DNA of 63,719 nucleotides, counting the filler, from Octopus bimaculoides (Eukaryota), in the NCBI RefSeq assembly GCF_001194135.2. It is 7 parts of 7 records of this genome, joined end to end, with 100 filler letters (N's around TTAATTAATTAA, not from the genome) between each part and the next. Parts side by side here need not be neighbours in the genome. Positions count along the whole stretch, not along the records: positions 1 to 10,960 come from NC_068996.1; positions 11,061 to 25,503 come from NC_068983.1; 5 more parts are not named here. One strand, written 5' to 3'. Both the position numbers and the translations under genes were made by a program. Below the pieces are notes generated by a model. It made no database searches, was not told where the DNA came from, and worked only from the letters and a program-made list of their open reading frames with translations. Positions 1 through 12,406 of this stretch are shown one piece after another. Each line of letters starts with the position of its first letter. The stretch's first letter is position 1.

Positions 1-270
1 CTGAACGCATGTTTGCGCATCAGCAACCACGGCATGCCAAGGCCTCCGTTCAGCGGCTGTTGACAGCAGATGGAGCGCCTGACCAGTGGTACCTGACCCT
101 TCCACAAAAAGTTGAAGAGCAAGCGTACTATCTTGGTTAACCAGCGGTCGGGACAAGGGACGACGGTCAAACGGTAATAGATGACGGATGCGATGTACGC
201 ATTCGCCACCTCCGCTCAACCTTTCAAGGAGAGCTTCCTCTCAGCCCATTTCTGGGTGAGGTTGGCCACA
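1..270 (-). mobile_element. L1/Tx1-type non-LTR retrotransposon ORF2 fragment (post-RT region), pseudogenised
   Basis: Manual translation of the minus strand: VANLTQKWAERKLSLKG*AEVANAYIASVIYYRLTVVPCPDRWLTKIVRLLFNFLWKGQVPLVRRSICCQQPLNGGLGMPWLLMRKHAFR. The W..R.LS..GR, FLW.G and GGLG motifs are typical of L1/Tx1 ORF2. There is one in-frame TGA, compatible with CGA deamination. It runs off the window start. Confidence 0.85.
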
Positions 271-430
271 ATAATAATAATAATAATAACATCAAAAAAA
301 CACCTTAGGAATGAGAACCTAGGATCGAAATTTCCCAAAGACACCTGATGGAGGGTATATCGGCTGAAACGTTGTGTTAACAACAAACAAGATGAGGACA
401 AATATCGGTCAAATGTAAATAATGTAAATA
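271..430 (+). mobile_element. Penelope-like element terminal (pLTR) fragment with a broken hammerhead motif
   Basis: ACAC-CTGATG-GAGGGTATATCGGCT-GAAAC-GTT-GTGT at 341-377: helix I ACAC/GTGT, palindromic AACGTT helix III, helix II 5' arm missing. Preceded by (ATA)n. Confidence 0.55.
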
Positions 431-503
431 ACGAAAATATATTATGTCCTATTTGTTATAAAATACCAGTTTAATAGCAAAATCAGCTTGATTTATCTTT
501 TAC

Positions 504-700
504 CTTTTACTTGTTTCAGACTGTGGCCATGCTGGGGCACTGTCTTGCGGAATTTTTTAATTGAATGAATTGCCCCCAATACTTCATTTTTGTTTTAAAG
601 CTTGTTACTTATTCTATCGGTCTCTTTTGTTAAACTGCCAAATTATGGAGAAGTAAACACACTAGCATTGATTGTGAAGAAGTGGTGGGGGTAAACACAG
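504..700 (-). mobile_element. SINE family A, 3' part (degenerate)
   Basis: Reverse complement of the SINE-A tail (cttttacttgtttcag..tgtggccatgctggggcac; ttattctatcggtctcttttg), as seen at 2600-2720. Confidence 0.75.
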
Positions 701-707
701 ACACATT

Positions 708-739
<32 letters not shown>

Positions 740-741
<2 letters not shown>

Positions 742-1743
742 TCATCATCATCATCATCATTGTTTAACATCCGTTTTCTATGCATGCATAGGTAGGATGG
801 GTGACAGGAGCCGGCCAGGCAGAAGCNNNNNNNNNNNNNNNNNNNNNNNNNNNNNNNNNNNNNNNNNNNNNNNNNNNNNNNNNNNNNNNNNNNNNNNNNN
901 NNNNNNNNNNNNNNNNNNNNNNNNNNNNNNNNNNNNNNNNNNNNNNNNNNNNNNNNNNNNNNNNNNNNNNNNNNNNNNNNNNNNNNNNNNNNNNNNNNNN
1001 NNNNNNNNNNNNNNNNNNNNNNNNNNNNNNNNNNNNNNNNNNNNNNNNNNNNNNNNNNNNNNNNNNNNNNNNNNNNNNNNNNNNNNNNNNNNNNNNNNNN
1101 NNNNNNNNNNNNNNNNNNNNNNNNNNNNNNNNNNNNNNNNNNNNNNNNNNNNNNNNNNNNNNNNNNNNNNNNNNNNNNNNNNNNNNNNNNNNNNNNNNNN
1201 NNNNNNNNNNNNNNNNNNNNNNNNNNNNNNNNNNNNNNNNNNNNNNNNNNNNNNNNNNNNNNNNNNNNNNNNNNNNNNNNNNNNNGGACTGTATGCTTTT
1301 AATGTGGCACCAGCACTGGCAGGGTCACCAAGTAACTCACAAGACAAGGGATTATGAGAGGGGGAAGGGGGCATTTGAGGAGGGGGAAGGGGGAATTTGA
1401 GGAGGGGGACTTGTGTCAAAGGATGAAAGGTTAGAGTGTGATAAAGAGACAGAGAGAGGCAGAAGCAGGTGTCTTGCCACAACAGAGGGGACATTAGAGG
1501 AGGTGATCCAGTATCAGATGATGAAGAGATAGAAACAGGTGTCTTGCTATAATGGAGGGAGCATTGGAGGAAGTGATCCAGTATTAGATGAAGAAAGGTT
1601 AGAGTGTGGCTGAGAAATAGAGAGAGGCAGAAATAGGTGTCTTGCTATAGAAGAAGTACATGGTGAGAGAGAGAGTGGGGGGGGGAGAAACAGGTGTGCT
1701 GCTGTAGAGGACATACACGACTACCCAACCAGAGGGAAGAGCA

Positions 1744-1804
<61 letters not shown>

Positions 1805-2150
1805 GAGAGAGAATGGAAAACAGTAAAAGTGCAGGAAAGAGATGGTGAAGCTTCCAGGGTACACTCACAAGTAACAAAGATCAAAGCATAGATGTGATGG
1901 TAGAGTAAGAAAGAGAGAGGTATGGAGGTCATAATAAAAGTGGTCAGGTATTGCCATGAAGGCACAAGTAAGGAGTAGGGATTGCAACAGCTGGTGAAAA
2001 CCTGGGTATAAAAATGGGGGGAAGCAGTGATACAGTTTTCAGGATAGTAAGGGCAGCAAAGAAGGGGATTGAAAGACAATCACAGTTTATGAAGAGGAAA
2101 TGTGAGAAAGAGAAAGATGCAGTTTAGAAGAGGAGATGTAGTTCGTTTCC
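740..2150 (-). mobile_element. Old non-LTR element copy: purine-rich body on +, family D 3' end and (GAT)n tail, spanning a gap
   Basis: 740-826 is the reverse complement of the ...aaacggatgttaaacaatgatgatgat tail. 1288-1350 is the reverse complement of the cttgtc..gttacttggtgacc..gtgctggtgccac segment also at 10525. The body has a repeated AGAAACAGGTGTCTTGCTATA motif. Confidence 0.5.
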
Positions 2151-2197
2151 TTGGAAGTCAACTGGGGGGCAATTCATTTGATTACAAAAAATTCTCC

Positions 2198-2720
2198 TGC
2201 TTACCAACCACATGGTCCCGGGTTCAGTCCCACTGCGTGGCATCTTGGGCAAGTGTCTTCTACTATAGCCTTGGGCCGACCAAAGCCTTGTGAGTGGATT
2301 TGGTAGATGGAAACTGAAAGAAGCTTGTCGTATATATGTATATATATATATATGTATGTGTGTATGTGTCTGTGTGTCTGTGTTTGTCCCCACAACATCG
2401 CTTGACACCCAATGCTGGTGTGTTTATGTCCCCGTAACTTAGCAGTTTGGCAANNNNNNNNNNAAAGAAGCTTGTCGTATATATGTATATATATATATAT
2501 GTATGTGTGTATGTGTCTGTGTGTCTGTGTTTGTCCCCACAACATCGCTTGACACCCAATGCTGGTGTGTTTATGTCCCCGTAACTTAGCAGTTTGGCAA
2601 AAGAGACCAATAGAATAAGTATTAGGCTTCTAAAGAATAAGTCCTGGGGTCGATTTGCTCAACTAAAGGCGGTGCTCCAGCATGGTCACAGTCAAAAGAC
2701 TGAAACAAGTAAAAGAGTAA
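2198..2720 (+). mobile_element. SINE family A (tRNA-derived, OR-type/CORE-like), 5'-truncated, with a gap-spanning duplication
   Basis: B-box GGTTCAGTCCC, cttgggcaagtgtctt core-like segment, internal (TA)/(TG) microsatellite, tail ctccagcatggtcacagtc...gactgaaacaagtaaaagag. Confidence 0.9.
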
Positions 2721-2756
2721 GCTAGTGCCCCAGCATGGCCACAGTCTAATTATATA

Positions 2757-2915
2757 TATGACAGGTTTCTTTCAGTTTCCTTCTACCAAATCCACTCACA
2801 AAGCTTTGGTTGGCCCAAGGTTGTAATAGAAAAGTCTTGCCCAAGATTCATGCCATGGGACTGAACCCAGAACCATGTGGTAGGGAAGCAAGCCTCTTAC
2901 CACACAGCTGCACCT
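2757..2915 (-). mobile_element. SINE family A, 5' half
   Basis: Reverse complement of the head to gaaagaa segment; head region uninterrupted. Confidence 0.85.
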
Positions 2916-2929
2916 TCTCCATTTATTGA

Positions 2930-3590
2930 GAAGATTTTAAATACTAAACAGACTCACACTACCCTCTGTACTGTTTCATTTCTCTCTGTCTTTTCTATGG
3001 CTACAGTAACGGCCTCTGCATCTCAGAGGTAGCTGGCTTCATATCTTCTCCACTCAAGCATCTGTCTCCCATTCACTTTTTTACTCTCTCACCATCTTTG
3101 CTACATCCACAGATAACCACTATACCCAGTCCTTCTCCCCTTCAGCATCACCAACACCCTTGAATCTTCTCCTTGCTCACAATTTTCCTGCAGGTGTTGA
3201 CCTCCAATAGTCTAAATTGAACATTTCCAGTGCCACTTCATCATTCCCATCTTCTCTTCTAAAATGTGTGTAGCTATGGTGGCCCCTCTATAGCCAGGAG
3301 CCTGTTCTGCTCTGGCCCTTTTGTTCATACTTAAACTCTCCCCAGTTCAAGTGTAAAGCTCCCTGCCCTCCTTGGGGTTCATAGTCTTGCAAGCTGCATG
3401 GCAACCTCACATGAAAAGCTCCCAGTGTGCTCATGTAAAGTGGTTGGTGTTAGGTAGGGCATCCAGCTGTAGAAACCGTACCAAAGCAGATACTGGAGTA
3501 CAATGCAGCCCATGGACACATCAGATCCTGTCAAAACATCCAGACTATGCCAGCATGGAACATGGGTGTGAGATGATGATGATGATGATA
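2930..3590 (+). mobile_element. Old non-LTR element: C/T-rich body plus family D 3' end with (GAT)n tail
   Basis: ctatagccaggagcctgttctg variant of the shared motif at ~3285, then tggttggtgttaggtagggcatccagctgtagaaacc...gccagcatggaacatgg...(gat)n. Confidence 0.55.
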
Positions 3591-3758
3591 GTGGTGGTGG
3601 CAATGAAGAAGAAGAAGAAGAAGGAGGAGGAGGAGTCTCAGTAGCAGCAGCAGCAGCAGCAGCAACAATGGGATCAGAGAACTCTGAATGGTCATGGGCT
3701 ATGCTCATTACTGCTGACTCATTGAATTATATATATACATACATACATACACACACAT

Positions 3759-3820
<62 letters not shown>

Positions 3821-4239
3821 AACAAATTTGATAACCTAACAGATTTCAAGGCATAAATACATTTGAATTTGTGTTAAGTTTATCTTGATTACAGCAAATA
3901 GTGCAACATCGTCTCTGAAAAACAATATATTCTTACATTGTAAACTTTTAATGTTCCACCACCACCACCATCACCACCCACCGCTTTAAAATGTATTCTT
4001 TGCTGATAAGATGGGTGACAGTTTTTTTCTCTTTTTTGTTTTTAATCTGTCCTATATAAAGGACAGAAACACATAAGCAAATCATAAGGTTGTATCAAAT
4101 TTCACAGAGAAAATATATGAAATATCATACAGCTTGTATTAGATTTCATAAGAAAATTCAACTAAGTTTTACAACTTTTCAAGAAATATGGAGTATTATT
4201 ACAGGGGGTATGACAGGGGATCAAAAACTCCTGGCGGTT

Positions 4240-4465
4240 TTTCATGCTTGAAAAGACATGTGAAGCTAAGTAAAAACATGGTTGTCCTTGCATACAAGCT
4301 TGCCCCCTGTCTATTGTTGAGGGAGCCTTTTGAAGGGGTCGACTCAGAAAGATATGGGGAGAAGTAGTGAGAAAGGATCTACAGACGTTGGGACTCACAG
4401 AAGGGATGATAGGGGACCGAGACTCCAGGCAGTTTGCTACGCTTGAAAAGACATGTGGAGCTAAT
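4240..4465 (+). mobile_element. RTE-clade LINE 3' end fragment
   Basis: Translates (with a shift) to ...WGEVVRKDLQTLGLTEGMIGDRDSRQFATLEKT, homologous to the C-terminus of the RTE fragment at 9195-9720. Confidence 0.65.
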
Positions 4466-5340
4466 TCCAAGTCAACCTTCATCCAACACAGCTCTGTGAA
4501 AAGGTGTTTCAGTCATGACCACCAGGTGCCATCTTGGTTAGTCATAGTTCATCTAGGACTATGTTATCCCATGTGCCCCGTAAATTTTTTAGTCAAAGAG
4601 TATGTGTGTGAGTGTGAGAGAGAGATTCAGGGGTATATGGAGTGTCAAGGTGGGGTTAGAACCTTTGTCAGGAAAACACATTGTGCTCTCAGAGGTCATT
4701 GTTGTTTCATTCATATACCACAGCCCCACATCCCACACCTCAACCCCCCAAAAAAGGGGACAGTGAATTGGCAGTCATTAGAGTATTCGATAGAACTTTT
4801 TGTAGTGTTTGTTCCAATTCTTTGCATTCCAATTCTTGCACACAGTTCAAACCCCTCTGAAGTCAACTTTCAAATTTGTTTAAAATATCCCAGTCTGGGG
4901 CAGTGGATTAGTGGATTGTTAGAGCATTGAAGAGAATACCTTGCAGTACTTTTTACCAAGTCTGTGCATTCTGAGCTCAATTTCTGCTCCCATCAATGAA
5001 AAACAGGGACACTTCTGTCACAAGTTGTGACTGGCAGATGGTATGAGAAAATTTGAAAAACTTACAAGACGTAGTTTCCTTGGACAATCAACTGCGACCA
5101 TGAGACACACAAAGAGATAAGATGATCGAAGCTGGAATGAAATTGGCTTATAAGACATCGTTGTTAGGGTCAACCTGAGTCTATGCAATGACATCAACAG
5201 CAGCCCTCCTGCCATGACCTAACAATGGAGTATTTGCAAACAGCAGCCAGTTACTCCTCAAATTTTTTAAAAAAGGGCAGTTTCTATAGTATGCTACTCA
5301 AGAAAAAACAAAGAGAAAGAGAGGGTTTCATAACAATGTT

Positions 5341-5504
5341 TATAGGTGTAGGCATTATCTGTTCAGTAAGAAGCTTGCTTCCCAACCACATGGTTCCAGG
5401 TTCAGTCCCACTGCATATGGCACCTTGAGTGTCTTCTACTATAGTCTCAGGCCGACCAAAGCCTTATGAGTGGATTTGGTAGATGGAAACTGAAAGAAGC
5501 CCAT

Positions 5505-5548
<44 letters not shown>

Positions 5549-5762
5549 CATGTATGTGTGTGTCTGTGTTTGTCCCCCCACCATTGTTTGACAACCAATG
5601 TTGGTGTGTTTATGTTCCTGTAACTTAGCGGTTCGGTAAAAGAAACTGATAGAATAAGTACTAGGCTTAGAAAGAATAAATCCTGGGGTCAGTTTGTTCG
5701 ACTAAAGGCAGTGCTCCAGTATGGCCACAGACAAATGACTGAAACAAGTAAAAGGGTAAAAG
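5341..5762 (+). mobile_element. SINE family A, near full length
   Basis: Degenerate head, B-box, internal microsatellite and complete tail. Confidence 0.9.
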
Positions 5763-5947
5763 CTAGAATGCCTTTGACCATAACTTGAACACCTGGTCTT
5801 TGGTCATAGAACTGAATGGCCAGCGATGGCCTTCGGCTGGTCGGTGCTGGGGCTGGATAAACAACAACAACAACACTAATATTACTACAACACTTAATAC
5901 CTTTATCACCTCTATTAAGGTGGTAACAATAATCTGTGGTGCTCTTA

Positions 5948-6160
5948 GTGGTGGTGGTGGTGGTGGTGATGATGATAATGATGGTGATGGTGGTGGTGGT
6001 GGTGGTGGCGGTGGCAGCGGCGGCGGCGGCGGCGGTGGTGTTGGTGGTGTTGGTGGTGGTGGTGGTGGTGGTGGTGGTGGTGATGGTGGTGGTGGTGGTG
6101 ATGATGGCCTTGCTAGTAATGGTTGTGATAGCATTATTGATGCAACTGTTGTTGTTGTTT
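5948..6160. repeat. (GGT)n/(GGC)n/(GAT)n trinucleotide low-complexity tract
   Basis: Direct reading; it generates the spurious poly-G, poly-P, poly-T and poly-V ORFs. Confidence 0.95.
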
Positions 6161-6377
6161 GGTCCCGGATCAGATCCCTTGTTAAGCAGATGCATGGTAA
6201 GCACAGGTCCAGTGTTCAAGTTGTATACTGTCTCCATGTAGCTGAGGACCATAACTTTAAACTTGGATATATCATGATTTATCATATAAGCCAAGGCAAA
6301 AGTAGAAAGTCACTTGTGGGATTGAACCCAGAACCATGTGGTTCACAAGAAAACTGATACATCTGCCCTTTCTGTTT

Positions 6378-6720
6378 TATTACCTCTGCCTTAGTGAAGG
6401 TGGATGTATTGTTTTCAGTTGTATTTGTTTGTTTGTCCATGGACAAGATATCTCAAGAACTGCTGGATGGTGGTCTCATGACTGACACAAACTGATCAGA
6501 TTTTGGGATCAATCTGGTACTGGACAAGAATTCTGGATTATTTTTCCAGTTTTTTTACTTAATTTTTGAGAGCGGTCAAGTTCAATTTTAGTATTCTCGT
6601 TTGTGAGAGCAGTCGAGTTTATTTTAGATATTCTCATTTTAAAATTCATCTCTGGCTAATAGTTGAGAGCATGCTGGTATTGCCATGGCGGTGGTTTGCA
6701 CTCTCTGAGCACTCTTGTTT
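6378..6720 (+). mobile_element. Helentron-associated (HINE/DINE-1-like) non-autonomous element
   Basis: T-rich flanks; 5' ACCTCTGCC and 3' GGCGGTGGT imperfect sub-terminal inverted repeats; 3' GCACTCTCTGAGCAC stem-loop-like motif; internal tandem (tttgagagcggtc/tgtgagagcagtc/gttgagagc) repeats. Confidence 0.6.
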
Positions 6721-7034
6721 TATATTGTTATTTTTTTGTAACTTTTATAAAGCAAAGATATTGTATTTATTCTATATCATGTGCAAATAAAACACATCCA
6801 AAATGTTCTTTTATTTAGTTTATCAATGTTGTTTTCTTGTAATTAGACAAAGTCCATAAAAAGAGCAATAAAATGAAGTTTTATCTTATCAGCTATGGTT
6901 GCTTTGACATAAATAGCGGCCATTTATCCTATTTCTGTGTACTGTAATTCATTGTAAGATTCCATTATTTTTCTTGTATATAAGCTAGACCTTGCACCAA
7001 TGTGAAAAATACTCAATATGATCATTTGACGTAT

Positions 7035-7190
7035 TAGAAATGGCAGCCAAATCTCCCTTAAATCATGTCTTACTACTTTAAATAATAACAGGCAACATTG
7101 TATAATGTAGTTCTATGTAAACCTAAAAAGACAGAACAGTTATAGCTAAAATGCCTTTGAGAATAGATTTGCTCGGTCAACCATTATCTC
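7035..7190 (+). repeat. Interspersed repeat family F fragment
   Basis: agaaatggcagccaaatctcccttaaatc...gctaaaatgcctttga; similar segments at ~33820-34035 and 46960-47125 (minus). Confidence 0.5.
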
Positions 7191-7580
7191 TCGTGAACTA
7201 ATAAATAATTCAGTTCCTACTATTGCTTGTATTTATTCCCATTATGAAAACATTTTTTCTTTTCTTTTTATGTTCCCTCACTGAGTTTTCTTTTTTCTGT
7301 CATTAAATATTAACTCGTTTAATTTATTTTATTAGTTATCTTACTACAATTATAACAATGTATTAGAAGCAATAAACATTTTTTAAATATTTATGTGATT
7401 AACAGTAATAGCGACCAAAGGAAATGTAACATGTGTTCGTGGTGTCTGTGTGTTTGTGTGAAGGGTAAAGTAGATCACCTGAATAGGTTATTCATCTTAC
7501 AGGGTTTCTTTTATTTCTCCTCTCACCCATGTTTCAAGTTCAAATTATATCAGAATCGCTTTTGTGTTTCAGCCCTCGAA

Positions 7581-7850
7581 AGAAAAAGAAAAAAAAAAGT
7601 GAAAAGAAAAAAAAAGTGAAAAGAAAAATAAAAGTGAAAAGAAGAAAAAAAAGTGAAAAGAAAAAAAAGTGAAAAGAAAAAAAAGTGAAAAGAAGAAAAA
7701 AAAGTGAAAAGAAAAAAAAGTGAAAAGAAGAAAAAAAAAGTGAAAAGAAAAAAAAAGTGAAAAGAAAAAAAAGTAAAAAGAAAAAAAGTAAAAAGGAAAA
7801 AAAAGTGAAAAGAAAAAAAGTGAAAAGAAAAAAATAAGTGAAAAGCAAAA
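7581..7850. repeat. A-rich minisatellite (AAAAAAAAGTGAAAAG-like units, ~16-19 bp)
   Basis: More than 10 tandem units read directly. Confidence 0.95.
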
Positions 7851-7912
7851 AACAATGACCTTGAGCTTCAGTAAATACTCACTATCACATGCTTTGTGAT
7901 ACTTAGCTAAAT

Positions 7913-8184
7913 CAGTGGTTCCCAAACATTTTCAGGCTGCCGCCCCCTTGGTTCTAGGGCCACATGCCTAGTGCCCCCTCCCCTACTCACCATCACAGAC
8001 ACAGACCTTTTCTGCAGCAAATTCAAAACAATATTTCACAAATAAAACTTAACCTGATTATCCCTTTATTTATTAATTTTTTTTTTTACATCTATTGCCT
8101 CCTTTTCGTCACCCCATTATCGCCCCAATCTTCTCAATGCCCCCTCTGGGGATGGGGGGCTATGACCCCCTTTCGGAACCACTG
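7913..8184. mobile_element. hAT (Charlie-like) MITE
   Basis: TIRs CAGTGGTTCCCAAA / TTTCGGAACCACTG; flanking 8-mers AGCTAAAT and AGTTCAAT (6/8 identical) fit an 8-bp TSD. Confidence 0.75.
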
Positions 8185-8519
8185 AGTTCAATCCTTTAAA
8201 TGCCTGAGTTGAAAATCCTGTAAAGGTCTGATGTTACCTTTCATCATTGCACATTCAAGTACATACTAGTAATATACTGTACATCACCAGTTGAGCTATT
8301 TCATGATGATGATAATGATGGTGATGATGATGATGATGATGGTGGTGGTGATGGTGGTGGTGGTGGTGGTGGTGGTAATGATGATGACAATGACAACAAT
8401 GATGATGAATCCCAGAGGGATAAAAGGAAATGTTGACAATGTTAGGAGTTGAATTCAGTCTTAGCAGCTTTTTCGTTTGCAATTGGTGTGTCATCGAATG
8501 TGAACCAGTGTTTAAACCA

Positions 8520-8825
8520 GCCATCAAAGTGCAAGTTCGTCAAGGCAGAAGTCTGAGCAAGATTGTTTTATGGAAGACCAGCAGTTGCCCATGCATATCA
8601 GCCTCCCCTCTCCATGCCACCAATGTTATCCAAGAGAAAGGTAAAGGCCAATACAGCTTGGCATCAGTGATGTCATAACTCATTTCTACAGCTGAGGGAA
8701 CTGGAGTAATGTGGAATAAAGTGTCTTGCTCAAGAACACAACACACAGCCTGGTCTGGGAATTGAACTCACTATCTCATGATTGTGAGCCCAAACTCTAT
8801 AACCACTGAGCCATGTGCCTTCACT
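8520..8825 (-). mobile_element. tRNA-derived SINE family E
   Basis: Minus strand: ggcacatggctcagtggttatag (A-box)...gagttcaattccc (B-box)...gtgttcttgagcaagacactttattcc. Confidence 0.75.
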
Positions 8826-9194
8826 ATGCACATATATTTGTGTGTGTGTACATATATATTAGTAACAGAGGCATCATTAATACCAACAGGTAATATTTAT
8901 CCCCATTTAAACATGGATATCCTATTAGAACAAACTATACTGTTGTAGCTACCATAAGAGAAACCTCCATTTTGGCTTTGATGCAAAATGCACTCTTGTT
9001 TGTATCACTAGCAGGGAGATAAACCCCTGCTACCTCCAAAGCCAAGACCACCAGATCACATGATTTTGATCTTCCTTGGTCTTGTCAATGATGGATACTC
9101 AAATGCTAGAGATAGCAGTGGCTTGTCTCCCAACCAACGATATATAGAAAAACAGTGCCAGAACAAGCATTGGTCTCACAATTAGCCAGTGAGA

Positions 9195-9720
9195 TTGTTA
9201 GGTGACCTAATTAATATTGGTGGTAGATGTTCTGAAAGAATAATATGGAGAATATTCAAAAAGCTGTTACCTTTCTTGGCAACAAAAGCTCTCTCTCTTT
9301 AAGTGAAAGGTAGATTGTATGATACAGTGATGCTACATGGTAATGAGACATAAGTCCTGAATGCATGGGACATGCAAAAACTAGAGAGGAATGAAGCTAG
9401 TATGCACAAATGGATGTGCAATATTAGTGTGCATGTATGACAACGTGCAAATATATTGAGAGAAAAAGTTAGACATAAGAGGAATCATGTGTAGCATGCA
9501 AGAGAGAAGACTGCACTGGTTTGGTCATGTGATGCAGATGGATGGGGATGGTTGCATGAAGAAGTGCCAATCACTTAAAGTGAATGGAACTTGTGGAAAA
9601 GAGAGACTCAGGTAGACGTAGGATGAAGTATTGATGGCTGATCTCAAGATGTTGAGCCTTAAGGAGATGACAAAGGACCAAGATGATTGGCATCTTGCTG
9701 TGTGAGAGAAGACCCACAAA
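9195..9720 (+). mobile_element. RTE-clade LINE ORF C-terminal fragment, degenerate
   Basis: Manual translation across stops and shifts: LGDLINIGGRCSE..WRIFKKLLPFLATK..VKGRLYD.VMLHGNET..DMQKLERNEASMHKWMCN..ERRLHWFGHVMQMD. These are RTE-type motifs (R.L.WFGHV.R). Confidence 0.85.
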
Positions 9721-9749
9721 GTACTAAAAACCACTTGATTATGATTGTA

Positions 9750-10740
9750 CTTGCAAAATCCTCTTCCTCCTCCTCTCTCCCTGACACATCAAGCATTTCT
9801 CTTTCCACTCCACCCCACCATCTAAGCTACCAAATGGCTGCTGTACTCACCTGCAAACTACTTCCATTCCTCATCATCCCTGCCCACACTATTTCAACAA
9901 ATCACCCCCCACCTTTCTGCGCCTTCAGCCATTGTTCGCTTTCCCCTTGGCTATATTCCATTCTAAGCACCATCTCCTATCTGCTATCATTCTCAGCACC
10001 CTCCCATCATGATCCACCTGCCTGCTATAGCCCCTTATATATCCCTATCTCTCTCTCTCTCCCTCTCCACAGCTCCCATATCTTACATTCTCTTCTATTC
10101 ACCTTCTTGGCTTACATCAATATCTCTACCCTCTGCAGCTTACTGGTATTTCCCATCATCTGCACCTCCCACCCTTCTCCTTCACTCACTACACTAACTC
10201 CTAACACCACCTCTTTATTCCCTCCTCACATTCTTATGAAAGCATCCCCTCCCATGGTCCACCCTCCTCTTCCTCTCCAATGCTCACCTTCTTGTTTCTT
10301 GTTCTTTGAAAGGTTACTCCCCCCCATCCACTACCTTCCTTTTATCTCCTTCAGCCTTTTACCCCTTCTATTACAAGACACTTGTACTTGTCCCTCTTTC
10401 ATACTTTAGCCTTTCAACACCTGTCATATACAGCCACTCATCTCCACCTTCCCCTCCAGAGTACTTCTAGTAGTGGGAGGTTTTCTCCCCTTCTTTTCCT
10501 TCTCCTTCATCTCTGTTTTCTTCTGTCTTGCCAGTTACATGGCAACCTCACTAGTGCTGGTGCCATGTAAAAAGCATCCAGTCCATTCTCTGTAGTAGTT
10601 GGCATCAGAAAGGGCATCCAGCTGTAGAAACCATGCCCTGGATGATGGAGCTCGGTACAGCCCTGCAGTTCACCAGTTCCCTGTCAAACCATCCGACAGC
10701 ATGCAAAACAAACGTTAAATGACGATGATGATGACGATAA
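9750..10740 (+). mobile_element. Old non-LTR element: C/T-rich body plus family D 3' end with (GAT)n tail
   Basis: cttctattacaagacacttgt motif (~10362-10385) matches the inverted motif at 1440-1700; the family D end follows at 10525-10740. Confidence 0.55.
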
Positions 10741-10782
10741 AGATACATATATAAATACATGTATGTATGTATGTATGTATGT

Positions 10783-10940
10783 AGAGTGGTTGGTGTTAGG
10801 AAGGGCATCCAGCCATAAAATCCCTACCAAAACAGACAGTTGCCTTGGGTAGATTTTCTACCTGGCTGGTTCCTGTCATCCATCCTACACATGCATGCAT
10901 GGAAGATAGACGTAAAACAATGATGATGATGATGATGATA
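10783..10940 (+). mobile_element. Second family D 3' end with (GAT)n tail
   Basis: agagtggttggtgttaggaagggcatccagcc...catgcatggaagatagacgtaaaacaatgatgatgat. Confidence 0.7.
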
Positions 10941-11352
10941 TATATATATATATATATATANNNNNNNNNNNNNNNNNNNNNNNNNNNNNNNNNNNNNNNN
11001 NNNNTTAATTAATTAANNNNNNNNNNNNNNNNNNNNNNNNNNNNNNNNNNNNNNNNNNNNGAGACAGCAATAGCTTTATGAATAAATAGTATGTGAAACC
11101 GGAATATATTAGTATATATCAAAGACTTTCGCCAGAGATCTATTACCTGGTCACTGATACTATGTTTGTATGCGCGCGCACACACACACACACGCACACA
11201 CACACACACACATAAACACCCCCCATATATACACACAAACACAGACACACACACACCACACACGCGCACACACATATTTTTATAACTCTTTTCGCCATAC
11301 ATTTATTACCTTTAGTCATACAATTTATACACACTCACACATCCACGCACAC

Positions 11353-11387
<35 letters not shown>

Positions 11388-12361
11388 NNNNNNNNNNNNN
11401 NNNNNNNNNNNNNNNNNNNNNNNNNNNNNNNNNNNNNNNNNNNNNNNNNNNNNNNNNNNNNNNNNNNNNNNNNNNNNNNNNNNNNNNNNNNNNNNNNNNN
11501 NNNNNNNNNNNNNNNNNNNNNNNNNNNNNNNNNNNNNNNNNNNNNNNNNNNNNNNNNNNNNNNNNNNNNNNNNNNNNNNNNNNNNNNNNNNNNNNNNNNN
11601 NNNNNNNNNNNNNNNNNNNNNNNNNNNNNNNNNNNNNNNNNNNNNNNNNNNNNNNNNNNNNNNNNNNNNNNNNNNNNNNNNNNNNNNNNNNNNNNNNNNN
11701 NNNNNNNNNNNNNNNNNNNNNNNNNNNNNNNNNNNNNNNNNNNNNNNNNNNNNNNNNNNNNNNNNNNNNNNNNNNNNNNNNNNNNNNNNNNNNNNNNNNN
11801 NNNNNNNNNNNNNNNNNNNNNNNNNNNNNNNNNNNNNNNNNNNNNNNNNNNNNNNNNNNNNNNNNNNNNNNNNNNNNNNNNNNNNNNNNNNNNNNNNNNN
11901 NNNNNNNNNNNNNNNNNNNNNNNNNNNNNNNNNNNNNNNNNNNNNNNNNNNNNNNNNNNNNNNNNNNNNNNNNNNNNNNNNNNNNNNNNNNNNNNNNNNN
12001 NNNNNNNNNNNNNNNNNNNNNNNNNNNNNNNNNNNNNNNNNNNNNNNNNNNNNNNNNNNNNNNNNNNNNNNNNNNNNNNNNNNNNNNNNNNNNNNNNNNN
12101 NNNNNNNNNNNNNNNNNNNNNNNNNNNNNNNNNNNNNNNNNTTGCTGTTTTACTTCACTCTTCTTATCCTAGTCCCTCCTTCTTTCCTTCTTTTTTCTAT
12201 CTTTCTCTCTCTGTCTCCCATTCATTGTATCTTTCTCTCTTTTTTTCTGCTCTTCTCTTTGATCTTCTTAGCGGAGGGGACGACACCAACAAGGGGAGGA
12301 GGGCGAAGTGGGAAAATACATAACAGAACGGAAAAGAGATAAATATAGGCAGAAACGAATG

Positions 12362-12406
<45 letters not shown>

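Noticed and set aside
2317-2600. ~136-bp exact duplication across a 10-N gap within SINE-A
   Set aside because: Unmerged contig overlap artefact.
5689-6357. Poly-T, poly-P, poly-G and poly-V ORFs of 100-200 aa
   Set aside because: Translations of trinucleotide microsatellites; the same applies to the poly-H/Y/I/C/V/S/L ORFs throughout.
9687-10409. 240-aa S/L/P/H-rich ORF
   Set aside because: The composition simply reflects the C/T skew of the old repeat body; only a marginal resemblance to L2/CR1 RT.
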